Below, piece after piece: positions 10,510-19,473 of a stretch of 64,000 nt of DNA (its first letter is position 1; each line of letters opens with the position of its first letter). Source of the stretch: Kofleriaceae bacterium. Its GTDB lineage: Bacteria; Myxococcota_A; Polyangia; Haliangiales; Haliangiaceae. The notes beneath the pieces are model-generated. The model did not search any database. It was not told the origin of the DNA and saw only the letters and a program-made list of their open reading frames with translations. The DNA lies in contig DATJXL010000089.1 in the NCBI GenBank assembly GCA_035500135.1, positions 7,645 to 71,644 of the forward strand. The letters run 5' to 3'. Made by a program: the position numbers and the translations under genes.

Positions 10510-11757
10510 CTACTCTCGGGGCCTGGAATCTACCTCGTCGACCCGGACCAAGACGTGGATCTCCTGGCCCGGCACGGGTAGCGGAAGGATCCACAGCACG
10601 AGCTCGAGCGGGCTCTTGTCGGCGCCGCGATAGACCTTCGCGCGCCGCTCGGCGGGCTTGCCGTCGGCGTGCACCGCGCGCAGCGCACGCTGCAGGCCGG
10701 GCACGTACGTCGCGAGCGCGGTGTCGGCGACCGCGAGGCCTTCGAGCTCCTTGGTGTCGTCCTTGCCGACGAGCTTCGCGAACGCGCGGTTCGTCGCGGC
10801 GAGCCGGCCCTCGACCGACAGCAGCGCCTGCGGCACGCGCGAACGCTCGAACGCCTGCGCGAGCGCGGCGGCGTGCGTGTTCTCGGCGCGCACCGTGCCG
10901 CTCGCCTTCGTGCGACGCCGGCCCATGTCGAGCATGTCCATCACCGTGTTGAGCTCGTAGCGAAATGCGGCCGCGGTCGCATGACGCTCGCCCGGCTCCT
11001 TCGCCATCGCGCGCGCGATCAGCCCCTCGATCGCCTCGTCGACCGCCTCGCCGCGCCGCTTCGCGAGCGGCTCGGGCTCGAGCTGGATGTGCGCCATCAG
11101 GATGTCCATCACGCTGCCGTCGAACGGCAGCGTGCTCGTGAACAGCAAGTAACCGAGCACGCCGAGCGCGTAGATGTCGGTCGCGACGGTCGCCGGCGCC
11201 CCCGCACAACGCTCGGGCGCGAGGTAGTGCGGGCTGCCGCTGACTTGATCCTGATGCGCGTCGTGGCGGTGCGCGAGCCCGAAGTCGAGCAGCCGTACGA
11301 CGCGGCGGCGGCGCGTCGCGCTATCGGCGGTGGGCTCGGCCGCGAGCAGGATGTTGTCGGCCTTGACGTCGCCGTGGACGATGCCGCGCTTGTGAATGAA
11401 CTCGAGTGCGTCGGCGACCTGCGCGAGCACGTCGAGCGCGCGGCGCATCGATGGCTTGGCGCTCGAATCCGCGAGGAGCGGCTCGCCGTCGACGAGCTCC
11501 ATCACCATGTACGCGCCGAACTGCGCGTCCTCGCCGTAGTCGACGACCGAGACGATGTTCGGGTGCGAGATCTCGCTCGCGAGCTTCGCCTCCTGGATGA
11601 AGCGAGCGCGCGCGACCGTGTCGTCGGCGAACGCGGGAGCGATGATCTTGAGCGCGAACGCCTTGCCGAGCTGCACGTGCTTGGCGCGATAGACCTGACC
11701 CATCCCGCCTTCGCCGAGCCGGCCGTCCAGCACGTACCGACCACCCACCGTCTGCAT
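10510..11757 (-). CDS. Ser/Thr protein kinase (Hanks type) with C-terminal PAS-like domain
   Basis: GRLGEGGMGQVYRA, ALKII, HRDVKADNILL-like GIVHGDVKADNIL, DFGLA, SPHYLAPE. The C-terminal ~110 aa are PAS-like (LLSVEGRLAATNRAFAKLVG). The ATG at 11757 (MQTVGGRY) is preferred over 11775. Confidence 0.88.
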   Translation of the reverse strand: MQTVGGRYVLDGRLGEGGMGQVYRAKHVQLGKAFALKIIAPAFADDTVARARFIQEAKLASEISHPNIVSVVDYGEDAQFGAYMVMELVDGEPLLADSSAKPSMRRALDVLAQVADALEFIHKRGIVHGDVKADNILLAAEPTADSATRRRRVVRLLDFGLAHRHDAHQDQVSGSPHYLAPERCAGAPATVATDIYALGVLGYLLFTSTLPFDGSVMDILMAHIQLEPEPLAKRRGEAVDEAIEGLIARAMAKEPGERHATAAAFRYELNTVMDMLDMGRRRTKASGTVRAENTHAAALAQAFERSRVPQALLSVEGRLAATNRAFAKLVGKDDTKELEGLAVADTALATYVPGLQRALRAVHADGKPAERRAKVYRGADKSPLELVLWILPLPVPGQEIHVLVRVDEVDSRPRE

Positions 11758-11835
11758 CGCGATCCAGCGTAACACTACCCAGTTGCGACGCGGGCATAGC
11801 CCGAGCCTTACTCCCGCGGTAGATTGGCCGCGGCC

Positions 11836-11910
11836 GATCCCATAGCTCAGGTGGATCAGAGCGGCGGTTTCCTAAACCGCAGGCCGCAGGTTCGAGCCCT
11901 GCTGGGATCA
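11836..11910 (+). tRNA. tRNA-Arg (anticodon CCT)
   Basis: Hand-folded. Acceptor GATCCCA/TGGGATC; D arm GCTC...GAGC; anticodon stem GCGGT/ACCGC with loop TTCCTAA; T arm GCAGG-TTCGAGC-CCTGC; discriminator A. Confidence 0.9.
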
Positions 11911-11913
11911 CCG

Positions 11914-13152
11914 TCACGACCGCAGGATCTGCAGCTCGCCCTCACGCGCTCGCGGCAGGACCCCGGCGAGCTTGCGCGCGCAGCCGGTGTAGCCGAGCGC
12001 GAGCGAGCGCGTGAACGTGAACGCGAAGTCGTCGCCGACGCAGCCGGTCGCGAGCATGCGGACCAGGGGCCAGCGCACGCGCGGCCGCGAGCCGTGCAGC
12101 GCGACGATCTCGAGCCCGTGCGCCAGGCACATCGCGCGCAGCTCGTCGGGTTTGACGAACAGGTGATGGACGTGCAGGTCGCGCGGCGCGTTCGCGACGA
12201 ACCACGACACGCCCTTGACGACGACCAGGTTCGCGAGCCACGTGCGGTTGAACGTGTGGAAGAACAGCAGGCCGCCGGGCGCGAGCACGCGCGCGGCCTC
12301 GGCGACGACCCGCGCCGGCTCGGCGACGTGCTCGAGCAGATCCATCGCGCACACGACATCGAACCGCGCGGGCGGAAACGGCAGCGCGCACGCGTCGCCG
12401 CGCACGTACGTCACCGCCTGCGTGCGATCGTACGCGCGTGCGACCGCGAGGCTGTCGTCGCTGGCGTCGACTCCGACGACGCCGTGGCCGCGCTCGGCGA
12501 GCGCGTTCGCGAGAAAGCCCGCGCCGCAACCGAGGTCGAGCACGCGCCGAGGTCCCGGCCCGAGCGCCGCGGCGATCTTGTCGGCGATCCACGGATTGCG
12601 ATGGCGCGCCTCGGCGCGGAGCAGCGCGATCGGCGTGTCGGCGGCCTCGTACCAGCGCGGGCCGAGCTCGGCGTACCAGGTGTTATCGACGACCGGCGAG
12701 GCGCTCGGGCGGGCTCGCCGCCACGCGTTCCAGTAGATCGCCTGATACGCACCGAACGCGACCACGCCCGCGAGCTGGACCGCGAGCAGCGTGCCGTGAC
12801 GGCCGCTCCACCACAGCGCGCCGTACGCGGCGAGCACGACCGGATGCAGCGCGAACAGCATCGCGTGCAGCCAGTGCTCCCACGCGCTGCACAGCTTCGC
12901 GTGGATGCCCTCGTCCTTGGTCACGAACAGCGTCGAGGACGTCGCGAGCCCGACGTACACCGGGAGCGCACCCGACCACGTGCGCGGGGCCGCGAGCAGC
13001 CACGCGATGCACAGCGCGATCGACAGCGTGTCGAGTGGATGGCCGATGCGCTCCCAGCGCGGGAGCTCGCGCTTGCGATGGAACACGCCTTCGTCGGCGA
13101 CCATCGCGAGCGCCTGCAGCGCGATCGGCACGGCGGCGAGCGCGAGCGTCAT
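11914..13152 (-). CDS. Fusion of a ~150-aa four-helix membrane domain with a class I SAM-dependent methyltransferase
   Basis: ATG at 13152 overlaps the PKS stop (ATGA). N-terminal hydrophobic helices carry EGVFHRKRELPRWERIGHPLD and WEHWLHAMLFALHP. MTase motif I is RVLDLGCGAGFLA, followed by VVGVDAS and APGGLLFF. Real 3' 412 codons of shadow ORF 11914..14283. Confidence 0.8.
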   Translation of the reverse strand: MTLALAAVPIALQALAMVADEGVFHRKRELPRWERIGHPLDTLSIALCIAWLLAAPRTWSGALPVYVGLATSSTLFVTKDEGIHAKLCSAWEHWLHAMLFALHPVVLAAYGALWWSGRHGTLLAVQLAGVVAFGAYQAIYWNAWRRARPSASPVVDNTWYAELGPRWYEAADTPIALLRAEARHRNPWIADKIAAALGPGPRRVLDLGCGAGFLANALAERGHGVVGVDASDDSLAVARAYDRTQAVTYVRGDACALPFPPARFDVVCAMDLLEHVAEPARVVAEAARVLAPGGLLFFHTFNRTWLANLVVVKGVSWFVANAPRDLHVHHLFVKPDELRAMCLAHGLEIVALHGSRPRVRWPLVRMLATGCVGDDFAFTFTRSLALGYTGCARKLAGVLPRAREGELQILRS

Positions 13153-14243
13153 CGCTTCTCGAGCAGCGCGCCGCAGATCGTGAGGCCGGGCCCGAACGAG
13201 AGGCTCGCGACCAGCGCGCCGCGCGGGATCCGGCCGTCGGCGATCATGCGCGTCCAGATGTACGGCAGCGTCGCCGACGACATGTTGCCGTGGTCGTGCA
13301 GCACCGCGTGGCTGGTCGCGACCTGCGCGGGGTCGAGCTCGAGCATCTCGCGGACGCGCTCGACGATCTTCGGGCCACCCGGGTGGATCGCGAACACCGC
13401 GTGCTTCGCCGCGGCCACGCTGCCGCCGGCGCGCCCGAACAGCTCGAGCGTGAAGCCGCGCACCTCGCGCGCGACCAGCTCGGGGACGTCGCGCGCGAGC
13501 GTCATCTGCATGCCGCGGTCGCCCGCGATCCACGTCATCGCGTCGCCCGAGTCGGGCACGACGCGTTCGTGCAGCGCGAGCACGCGCAGCCCGGGCTCGA
13601 CGCCTGCGGCCCGCTCGGGGACGAGCGTGTAGCGGACGAGCCCGTCGCCGAACAGGCTCTGCACGACGAGCTGGCCGGGCGCGTGATCGCGGGGGTCGAC
13701 GTGCAGCGAGCACAGCTCGGTGTGCGCGATGTCGACGCGGCGCGCGCCGGTCGCGAGGGAGCCCGCCGCGATGCGCAGCGCCGGGACGGCCGCATAGCAG
13801 CCCATGTGATAGGCGTGCGTGACCCGCGTCGCCCACCGCCGCGCCGCGACGATCTTCTGCGCGCCGCTCGGCGACGCGTAACCGGTGCACGTGACGTGGA
13901 CGAGCTCGTCGGGCGGCACGCGCTCGCCCTCGTACGCGCGCGCGAAGTACGCGTCGACGACCTCCTGGAACGCCCGCGTGCGAGCGGCGGTGCCCGCGTC
14001 GACGAGGCGCGGCCCGCCCGGCGCGTCGAGATCTTCGATCGAATGGCCGCGCCGCGCGATCTGATCGGGCGAGCACGCGACATGGCGGATCACCGCGCCG
14101 ATGCGCGCCGCGAGGCGCGCACGCTCGAGCTCGTCGCGTTCGCCGCGCGCGTGCGCCGCGGCGAGCCATGCGAGCGCGCGGTCCTGAGCGATCTCGAAGC
14201 GCGGCGGCGTCGCGACGAAGCGAGCGAGCACGGGCGTGGCCAT
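13149..14243 (-). CDS. Type III polyketide synthase (chalcone-synthase-like)
   Basis: Catalytic triad contexts: YHMGCYAAVPAL (Cys), FAIHPGGPKIV (His) and HGNMSSATLPYI (Asn). The internal ATG (MATPVLARF) at 14243 is preferred over the GTG at 14357. Confidence 0.88.
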   Translation of the reverse strand: MATPVLARFVATPPRFEIAQDRALAWLAAAHARGERDELERARLAARIGAVIRHVACSPDQIARRGHSIEDLDAPGGPRLVDAGTAARTRAFQEVVDAYFARAYEGERVPPDELVHVTCTGYASPSGAQKIVAARRWATRVTHAYHMGCYAAVPALRIAAGSLATGARRVDIAHTELCSLHVDPRDHAPGQLVVQSLFGDGLVRYTLVPERAAGVEPGLRVLALHERVVPDSGDAMTWIAGDRGMQMTLARDVPELVAREVRGFTLELFGRAGGSVAAAKHAVFAIHPGGPKIVERVREMLELDPAQVATSHAVLHDHGNMSSATLPYIWTRMIADGRIPRGALVASLSFGPGLTICGALLEKR

Positions 14244-14507
14244 GAGCCGCGCGCGGCTGCACGATTCGCGCCCCCGGGCGCACGCGCGCGGCACGGAGAT
14301 CCGTTGCCTCCCGAAATGCACTTCGTGCGCAGGCCGCTCGCCGTGCGCGGACGACACGCGAGGAATGTCGAGTCGATACGCTCCCGCAGCACCATGCGCA
14401 GGGTTGGGACAGCCGTCATTTTGCGCAGATCTTCAACGAGATTTTGCTTGGCTGCGACCGAAGCGTCGCCATACGGTCCCGGCGTCCATTAGTTGGGAGA
14501 CCAAGCG

Positions 14508-15458
14508 ATGCGCTCGATGTTCGCGATCGTGATGATGATGTTCGCTGCTTGTGCCAGCCCCGAGATGGGCAATGGCGGCAACGGCTCGGGCTCGGGATCG
14601 GGCTCCGGCTCGGGTTCGGGCTCCGGCTCCGGCTCGGGCTCGGCGACCGTGACCGACCTCGTGTTCGCGGTCGTCGGCGACACCCGGCCGTCGTCGATCG
14701 ACGACACCACGAACTATCCGACGTCGATCATCACGACCATCTACGAGGACATCGAAGCCGAGAACCCCAAGCCCGCGTTCGTGGTCGGCACCGGCGACTA
14801 CCAGTTCGCGAGCACGTCGGGATCCGAGCAGATGCCGCAGCTCCAGAAGTACATGGGCGCGCGCGCGAGCTACACCGGCCCGTTCTACCCGGCGATGGGT
14901 AACCACGAGTGCACCGGCGCCGACGACTCGAACTGCGGCTCGGGCCAGAGCGACGGCATCACCAAGAACATGTCCGACTTCGAGAGCGCGATGCTCCAGC
15001 CGATCGGGATGAGCGAACCCTACTACGTGCAGAACGTGAAGGCGATGGACGGCAGCTGGACCGCGAAGTTCGTGTTCGTCGCGTGCAACGCGTGGAGCTC
15101 GACGCAGTCGAGCTGGCTGTCGCAGCAGCTCGCGGTCTCGACGACGTACACGTTCGTGGTGCGTCACGAGAGCGTGGCCGACATGTCGACGACGCCGTGC
15201 TCGGCCAGCCAGAGCGTCATCGACGCGCACCCGCTGACGCTGCTGATCGTCGGCCACACCCACGAGTACCGCCACGAGTCGTCGGATCACGAGATCATCG
15301 TCGGCAACGGCGGCGCGCCGCTCACGAGCGGAGTCAACTACGGCTACGTCATCGTCGCGCTGCAGAGCAACGGCGTCCTCAAGGTCACGGCCAAGGACTA
15401 CCAGAGCCACGACGTGCTGGACACGTTCAACATCACGGCGTCCGGGGCAGGCGCCTGA
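14508..15458 (+). CDS. Calcineurin-like metallophosphoesterase lipoprotein with (GS)10 linker
   Basis: MRSMFAIVMMMFAAC lipobox. Motifs VVGDTRP, GTGDY, MGNHE and VGHTHEY. Confidence 0.8.
   Translation: MRSMFAIVMMMFAACASPEMGNGGNGSGSGSGSGSGSGSGSGSGSATVTDLVFAVVGDTRPSSIDDTTNYPTSIITTIYEDIEAENPKPAFVVGTGDYQFASTSGSEQMPQLQKYMGARASYTGPFYPAMGNHECTGADDSNCGSGQSDGITKNMSDFESAMLQPIGMSEPYYVQNVKAMDGSWTAKFVFVACNAWSSTQSSWLSQQLAVSTTYTFVVRHESVADMSTTPCSASQSVIDAHPLTLLIVGHTHEYRHESSDHEIIVGNGGAPLTSGVNYGYVIVALQSNGVLKVTAKDYQSHDVLDTFNITASGAGA
14583..14642 (+). repeat. Coding microsatellite (GGC TCG-type x10) encoding (Gly-Ser)10
   Basis: Read directly: ggc tcg ggc tcg gga tcg ggc tcc ggc tcg ggt tcg ggc tcc ggc tcc ggc tcg ggc tcg, in frame within the phosphoesterase gene. 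Confidence 0.9.
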
Positions 15459-15488
15459 GCGCCCGACACGCGCGTATACTCGCGCGCG

Positions 15489-18400
15489 ATGCGTAGGTCG
15501 CTCGTCTCGGTCTCGATCCCGCTCCTCCTCGCCGTCGCCGTCCCGGCTCGCGCCGATACCGTCGACGACCTCGTCGCCAAGCACCTGGCCGCGCGCGGCG
15601 GCGACAAGCTGCGCGCGCTCAAGTCGCTGCGCCTCACCGGCACGATGGTGTTCGGCACCGGCGACGGCAGCGTCGAGACGCAATGGGGCGAGCTGATCGC
15701 TCGGCCCGGCCAGATCCGCGACGAGTTCACCGTCCAGGGCCTCACGCAGACCGTCGCGTACGACGGCAAGGACGCGTGGAACGTGTCGCCGTTCCAGGGC
15801 CGCCGCGACCCCGAGCGGTCGTCGGTCGACGACGCCAAGCCGCTCGCGCAGCACGCCGACTTCGACGGCCCGCTGATCGACTACCGCGCGAAGGGTAACC
15901 GCGTCGAATACCTCGGCACCGAGGACGTCGACGGCACCGACGCGATCAAGCTGCGCGTCACCCGCAAGGACGGCGACCTCGCGTACATCTACCTCGATCC
16001 CGATTCGTACCTCGAGATCCGCGAGCAGGACGTCCATCGCGCGCGCGGCGCCGAGGACATCTCCGAGACCGACTTCGGCAGCTACGGCCAGGTCGCGGGC
16101 GTGTGGATCGCGTTCTCGATCGAATCCGGGCCGAAGGGCCAGCCGCGCGGGCTGCACTTCACGATCGAGCGCGCGGAGCCGAACATCGCGCTCGATCCGG
16201 GGCTGTTCCGGTTTCCGACCCAGCCGGTGACGCGCGTCGCGGTGGCCGGCCCGCCCGAACCACACGCGGCCGAGGCCGCGACGCCGCCGGCGCCGGCGCG
16301 GCCGGCCGTGTTCGACTCCGGCACGATCAGCGGCCTCGGCGCGCGCAACATCGGCTCGGCGGCGATGAGCGGGCGCATCGCGGCGGTCGCGGGCGCTGGC
16401 GAGGGCGGCAAGACCACGCTGTACGTCGGCGCGGCGTCGGGCGGGGTATGGCGCTCGTTCGACGGCGGCACGACGTTCAAGCCGGTGTTCGACAAGCAAC
16501 CGGTGCAGTCGATCGGCGCGATCGCGATCGATCCGTCGAATCCCAAGACCGTCTGGGTCGGCACCGGCGAGGCGTGGACGCGCAACTCGACGTCGATCGG
16601 CGACGGCGTGTACCGGTCGACCGACGGCGGCGAGACGTGGACGAACGTCGGCCTGCGCAGCTCCGAGCGCGTCACGCGCATCCTCGTCCATCCCCGCAAC
16701 GGCAACATCGTGTACGCGTGCGTCCCCGGCAAGCTGTGGAGCGACAGCAACGAGCGCGGCCTGTACCGCACGACCGACGGTGGCACCACCTGGTCGCTGG
16801 TGTTGCCCGGCGCGAACGCGTCGACCGGCTGCTCGAGCGTGACGATGGATCCGAAGAATCCCGACGTCCTGATCGCAGGCATGTGGGACTTCCGGCGCAA
16901 GGGCTGGACGTTCCGCTCCGGCGGCGAAGGCCCGGACGCGCCGAGCGGCAGCGGCCTCTACCGATCGACCGACGGCGGCAAGACCTGGCGGTCGATCGCG
17001 CACGGCAAGGGCCTGCCGGCCGGGCCGTGGGGTCGCGTCGAGACCGTGATCGCGCCGTCGGATTCGCGCGTGGTGTACGCGCTGATCGAGTCGAAGGACT
17101 CGGCGCTGTACCGCTCCGACGACGGCGGCGCGACGTGGGAGCAACGCGACAGGAGCAGCAAGATGGTGTGGCGCCCGTTCTACTTCGCGCGCCTCGTCGT
17201 CGATCCGACCAACCCGAACCGGCTGTTCAAGCCCGACCTCGGGTTGATCGTCAGCGAGGACGGCGGCCGCAGCTTCTCCGACACCGGCGGCGGCTCGCAC
17301 GGCGACTGGCACGACCTGTGGATCGATCCGCAGAATCCCAAGCGCGTGGTCGGCGGCGACGACGGCGGCCTGTGGATCTCGCAGGACGGCGGCAACCGCT
17401 GGCTGCACGCGATGAACCTGCCGGTGTCGCAGTTCTATCACGTCAGCGTCGACGACCAGGACCCGTATCAGGTCTACGGCGGCCTGCAGGACAACAGCTC
17501 GTGGGTCGGCGACAGCGCGTACCCCGGCGGCATCACGAACTCGCGGTGGACGAACCTGTGCAACAGCGACGGGTTCTGGACGATCGTCGACCCGACCGAT
17601 CCGCACGCGGTGTACTGCGAAGGGCAGGGCGGCTATATCTCGCGCGTCGACCGCCGCACGATGGTGTCGCGCGACATCCAGCCCAAGGCCGGCTACCACG
17701 AGAAGCTGCGCTTCAACTGGAACACGCCGATCTACGTGAGCCCGACGCAGAAGGGCACGATCTACCTCGGCTCGCAGTTCCTGTTCCGCTCGCGCGACCG
17801 CGGCGACAGCTGGGATCGCATCTCGCCGGATCTGTCGACGAACGATCCCGAGAAGCAGAAGCAGGAGCTGTCGGGCGGCATCACGGTCGACAACTCGTCG
17901 GCCGAGATGCACACCACGATCTATTCGATCAGCGAGTCGCCGAAGAACGCGAGTGTGATCTGGGTCGGCACCGACGACGGCAACGTCCAGCTCACACGCG
18001 ACGGCGGCAAGTCGTGGACGAACCTGGTCAAGAACGTGCCGGGCCTGCCGGCGAGCTCGTGGGTGAGCTGGATCGAGGCGAGCCGCTTCGATGCCGCGAC
18101 CGCGTACGCCGCGTTCGATCGCCACACGTTCGGCGACATGACGCCGTGGGTGTACGTCACGAAGGATTTCGGCAAGACGTGGACGCGCATCGTCGCGCCC
18201 GAATCGGGCGTGCGCGGCTACGCGCACGTGATCAAGGAGGACGCGGTCAAGGCGAACCTCCTGTTCTGCGGCACCGAGCTCGGCCTGTGGATCTCGGCCG
18301 ACGCCGGCGCGCACTGGGCGCGGTTCACCGGCGGCGGCTTTCCGTCGGTCGCGGTGCGCGAGGTCCAGGTGCACGCGCGCGACCACGACCTGGTCATCGC

Positions 18401-19448
18401 GACGCACGGCCGCGGCATCTGGATCATCGACGACCTGACGCCGCTGCGCGCGCTGTCCGACGAGCTGCTCGCGAAGCCGGTCGCGTTCCTGCCGACGCGT
18501 CCGCCGCAGCAGCGCATGCAAGCCAGCGGCGGCTGGGTCGAGGGCGACGCGACGTTCGTGGGTGACAATCCACCGAACGGGCTCGTCGTCACGTACTACC
18601 TGCGCGCCCGCCACGTCTACGGCCCGATCGAGCTGCAGATCCTCGACTCGGCGGGCAAGCTCGTCGACACGCTCACGCCGACGAAGCATCGCGGCATCAA
18701 CCGCGTGGTGTGGAGCATGCGCGTCAAACCGCCGCGGGTGCCGCGGGCCGCGCAGATCGCGGGCGGCTCGACGCAAGGGCCGCGCGTCGTGCCGGGCACG
18801 TACACGCTGCGCATCGTGCGCGGCAAGGAGGTCGTCGATCAGAAGGTGGTGATCGGGCTCGACCGCCGCGCGCCGTACACGGTGGCCGACCGCAAGGCGC
18901 AGTTCGACACCGTGATGCGCGCGCGTGCCGTGTTCGAGGACATGAGCAAGGTCGTCGACAAGATCGAGGCGACGCGCGAGACGCTCGAGGAGCGCACGCG
19001 GAAGCTCGCCGCGTCGGATCCACTCGGCGCGCAGCTGAAGGGCGCGCTCGCGAAGCTCGCCGACATCAAGCAGAGGATCGTCGCGACCAAGGAAGGCGGC
19101 GCGATCACCGGCGAGGAGCGCATCCGCGAGCACCTCGACTACGTGTACGGCGCGGTCAACGGCTGGGAGGGCCGTCCCGGCAAGTACCAGGTCGATCGCA
19201 TCGCGGTGCTCGCGCACGAGCTCGCCGATGCGAGCAAGGACCTCGACGCGTTCCTCGCGAAGGACGCGCACGCCTACGACAGCGACCTGCGCGGCCGCGG
19301 CCTCGATCCGATCCCCGGCATCGCCGACATGGAAGAGGATTACGAGCGCGACCACGAGGGCAAGCTCGACGATCTCGAGCTCGAGTGCATCAAGTCGCGC
19401 GGCCGCGACTGCCAGGCGAGCGTGCAGGCGGCTGCCGAGAACGACTGA
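15489..19448 (+). CDS. Secreted 1319-aa BNR/Asp-box (sortilin/VPS10-like) beta-propeller protein with N-terminal LolA-like lipoprotein-sorting-type domain
   Basis: Signal peptide MRRSLVSVSIPLLLAVAVPARA. About 11 Asp-boxes (SFDGGTTF, STDGGETW, TTDGGTTW, STDGGKTW, SDDGGATW, SQDGGNRW, TRDGGKSW ...). Confidence 0.85.
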   Translation: MRRSLVSVSIPLLLAVAVPARADTVDDLVAKHLAARGGDKLRALKSLRLTGTMVFGTGDGSVETQWGELIARPGQIRDEFTVQGLTQTVAYDGKDAWNVSPFQGRRDPERSSVDDAKPLAQHADFDGPLIDYRAKGNRVEYLGTEDVDGTDAIKLRVTRKDGDLAYIYLDPDSYLEIREQDVHRARGAEDISETDFGSYGQVAGVWIAFSIESGPKGQPRGLHFTIERAEPNIALDPGLFRFPTQPVTRVAVAGPPEPHAAEAATPPAPARPAVFDSGTISGLGARNIGSAAMSGRIAAVAGAGEGGKTTLYVGAASGGVWRSFDGGTTFKPVFDKQPVQSIGAIAIDPSNPKTVWVGTGEAWTRNSTSIGDGVYRSTDGGETWTNVGLRSSERVTRILVHPRNGNIVYACVPGKLWSDSNERGLYRTTDGGTTWSLVLPGANASTGCSSVTMDPKNPDVLIAGMWDFRRKGWTFRSGGEGPDAPSGSGLYRSTDGGKTWRSIAHGKGLPAGPWGRVETVIAPSDSRVVYALIESKDSALYRSDDGGATWEQRDRSSKMVWRPFYFARLVVDPTNPNRLFKPDLGLIVSEDGGRSFSDTGGGSHGDWHDLWIDPQNPKRVVGGDDGGLWISQDGGNRWLHAMNLPVSQFYHVSVDDQDPYQVYGGLQDNSSWVGDSAYPGGITNSRWTNLCNSDGFWTIVDPTDPHAVYCEGQGGYISRVDRRTMVSRDIQPKAGYHEKLRFNWNTPIYVSPTQKGTIYLGSQFLFRSRDRGDSWDRISPDLSTNDPEKQKQELSGGITVDNSSAEMHTTIYSISESPKNASVIWVGTDDGNVQLTRDGGKSWTNLVKNVPGLPASSWVSWIEASRFDAATAYAAFDRHTFGDMTPWVYVTKDFGKTWTRIVAPESGVRGYAHVIKEDAVKANLLFCGTELGLWISADAGAHWARFTGGGFPSVAVREVQVHARDHDLVIATHGRGIWIIDDLTPLRALSDELLAKPVAFLPTRPPQQRMQASGGWVEGDATFVGDNPPNGLVVTYYLRARHVYGPIELQILDSAGKLVDTLTPTKHRGINRVVWSMRVKPPRVPRAAQIAGGSTQGPRVVPGTYTLRIVRGKEVVDQKVVIGLDRRAPYTVADRKAQFDTVMRARAVFEDMSKVVDKIEATRETLEERTRKLAASDPLGAQLKGALAKLADIKQRIVATKEGGAITGEERIREHLDYVYGAVNGWEGRPGKYQVDRIAVLAHELADASKDLDAFLAKDAHAYDSDLRGRGLDPIPGIADMEEDYERDHEGKLDDLELECIKSRGRDCQASVQAAAEND

Positions 19449-19473
19449 CGTCACGGCCCCGGCGCCGCCGTCG

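Noticed and set aside
11836-14243. tRNA-Arg-flanked genomic island carrying the PKS cassette
   Set aside because: No integrase, transposase or recognisable duplicated tRNA 3' end nearby. The composition looks like the rest of the window. Only adjacency was seen, which is not enough.
14583-14642. Short tandem repeats (also about 36470-36546, and the poly-Gly tract near 26275-26301) as a possible CRISPR array or phase-variation tract
   Set aside because: They are in-frame 6-nt or 3-nt coding microsatellites encoding Gly/Ser or Gly linkers in lipoproteins/membrane proteins. There are no spacers and no repeat of CRISPR length. The codons are mixed (GGC/GGG/GGT, TCG/TCC), so they are not clean slippage tracts.
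14433-19454. 1673-aa minus-strand ORF, the longest in the track
   Set aside because: It is an antisense shadow of the phosphoesterase and BNR genes. The product is Arg/Ala/Asp/Val-rich with no motifs, whereas the plus strand encodes proteins with clear motifs (Asp-boxes, GNHE/GHTH) in a GC3-saturated frame.
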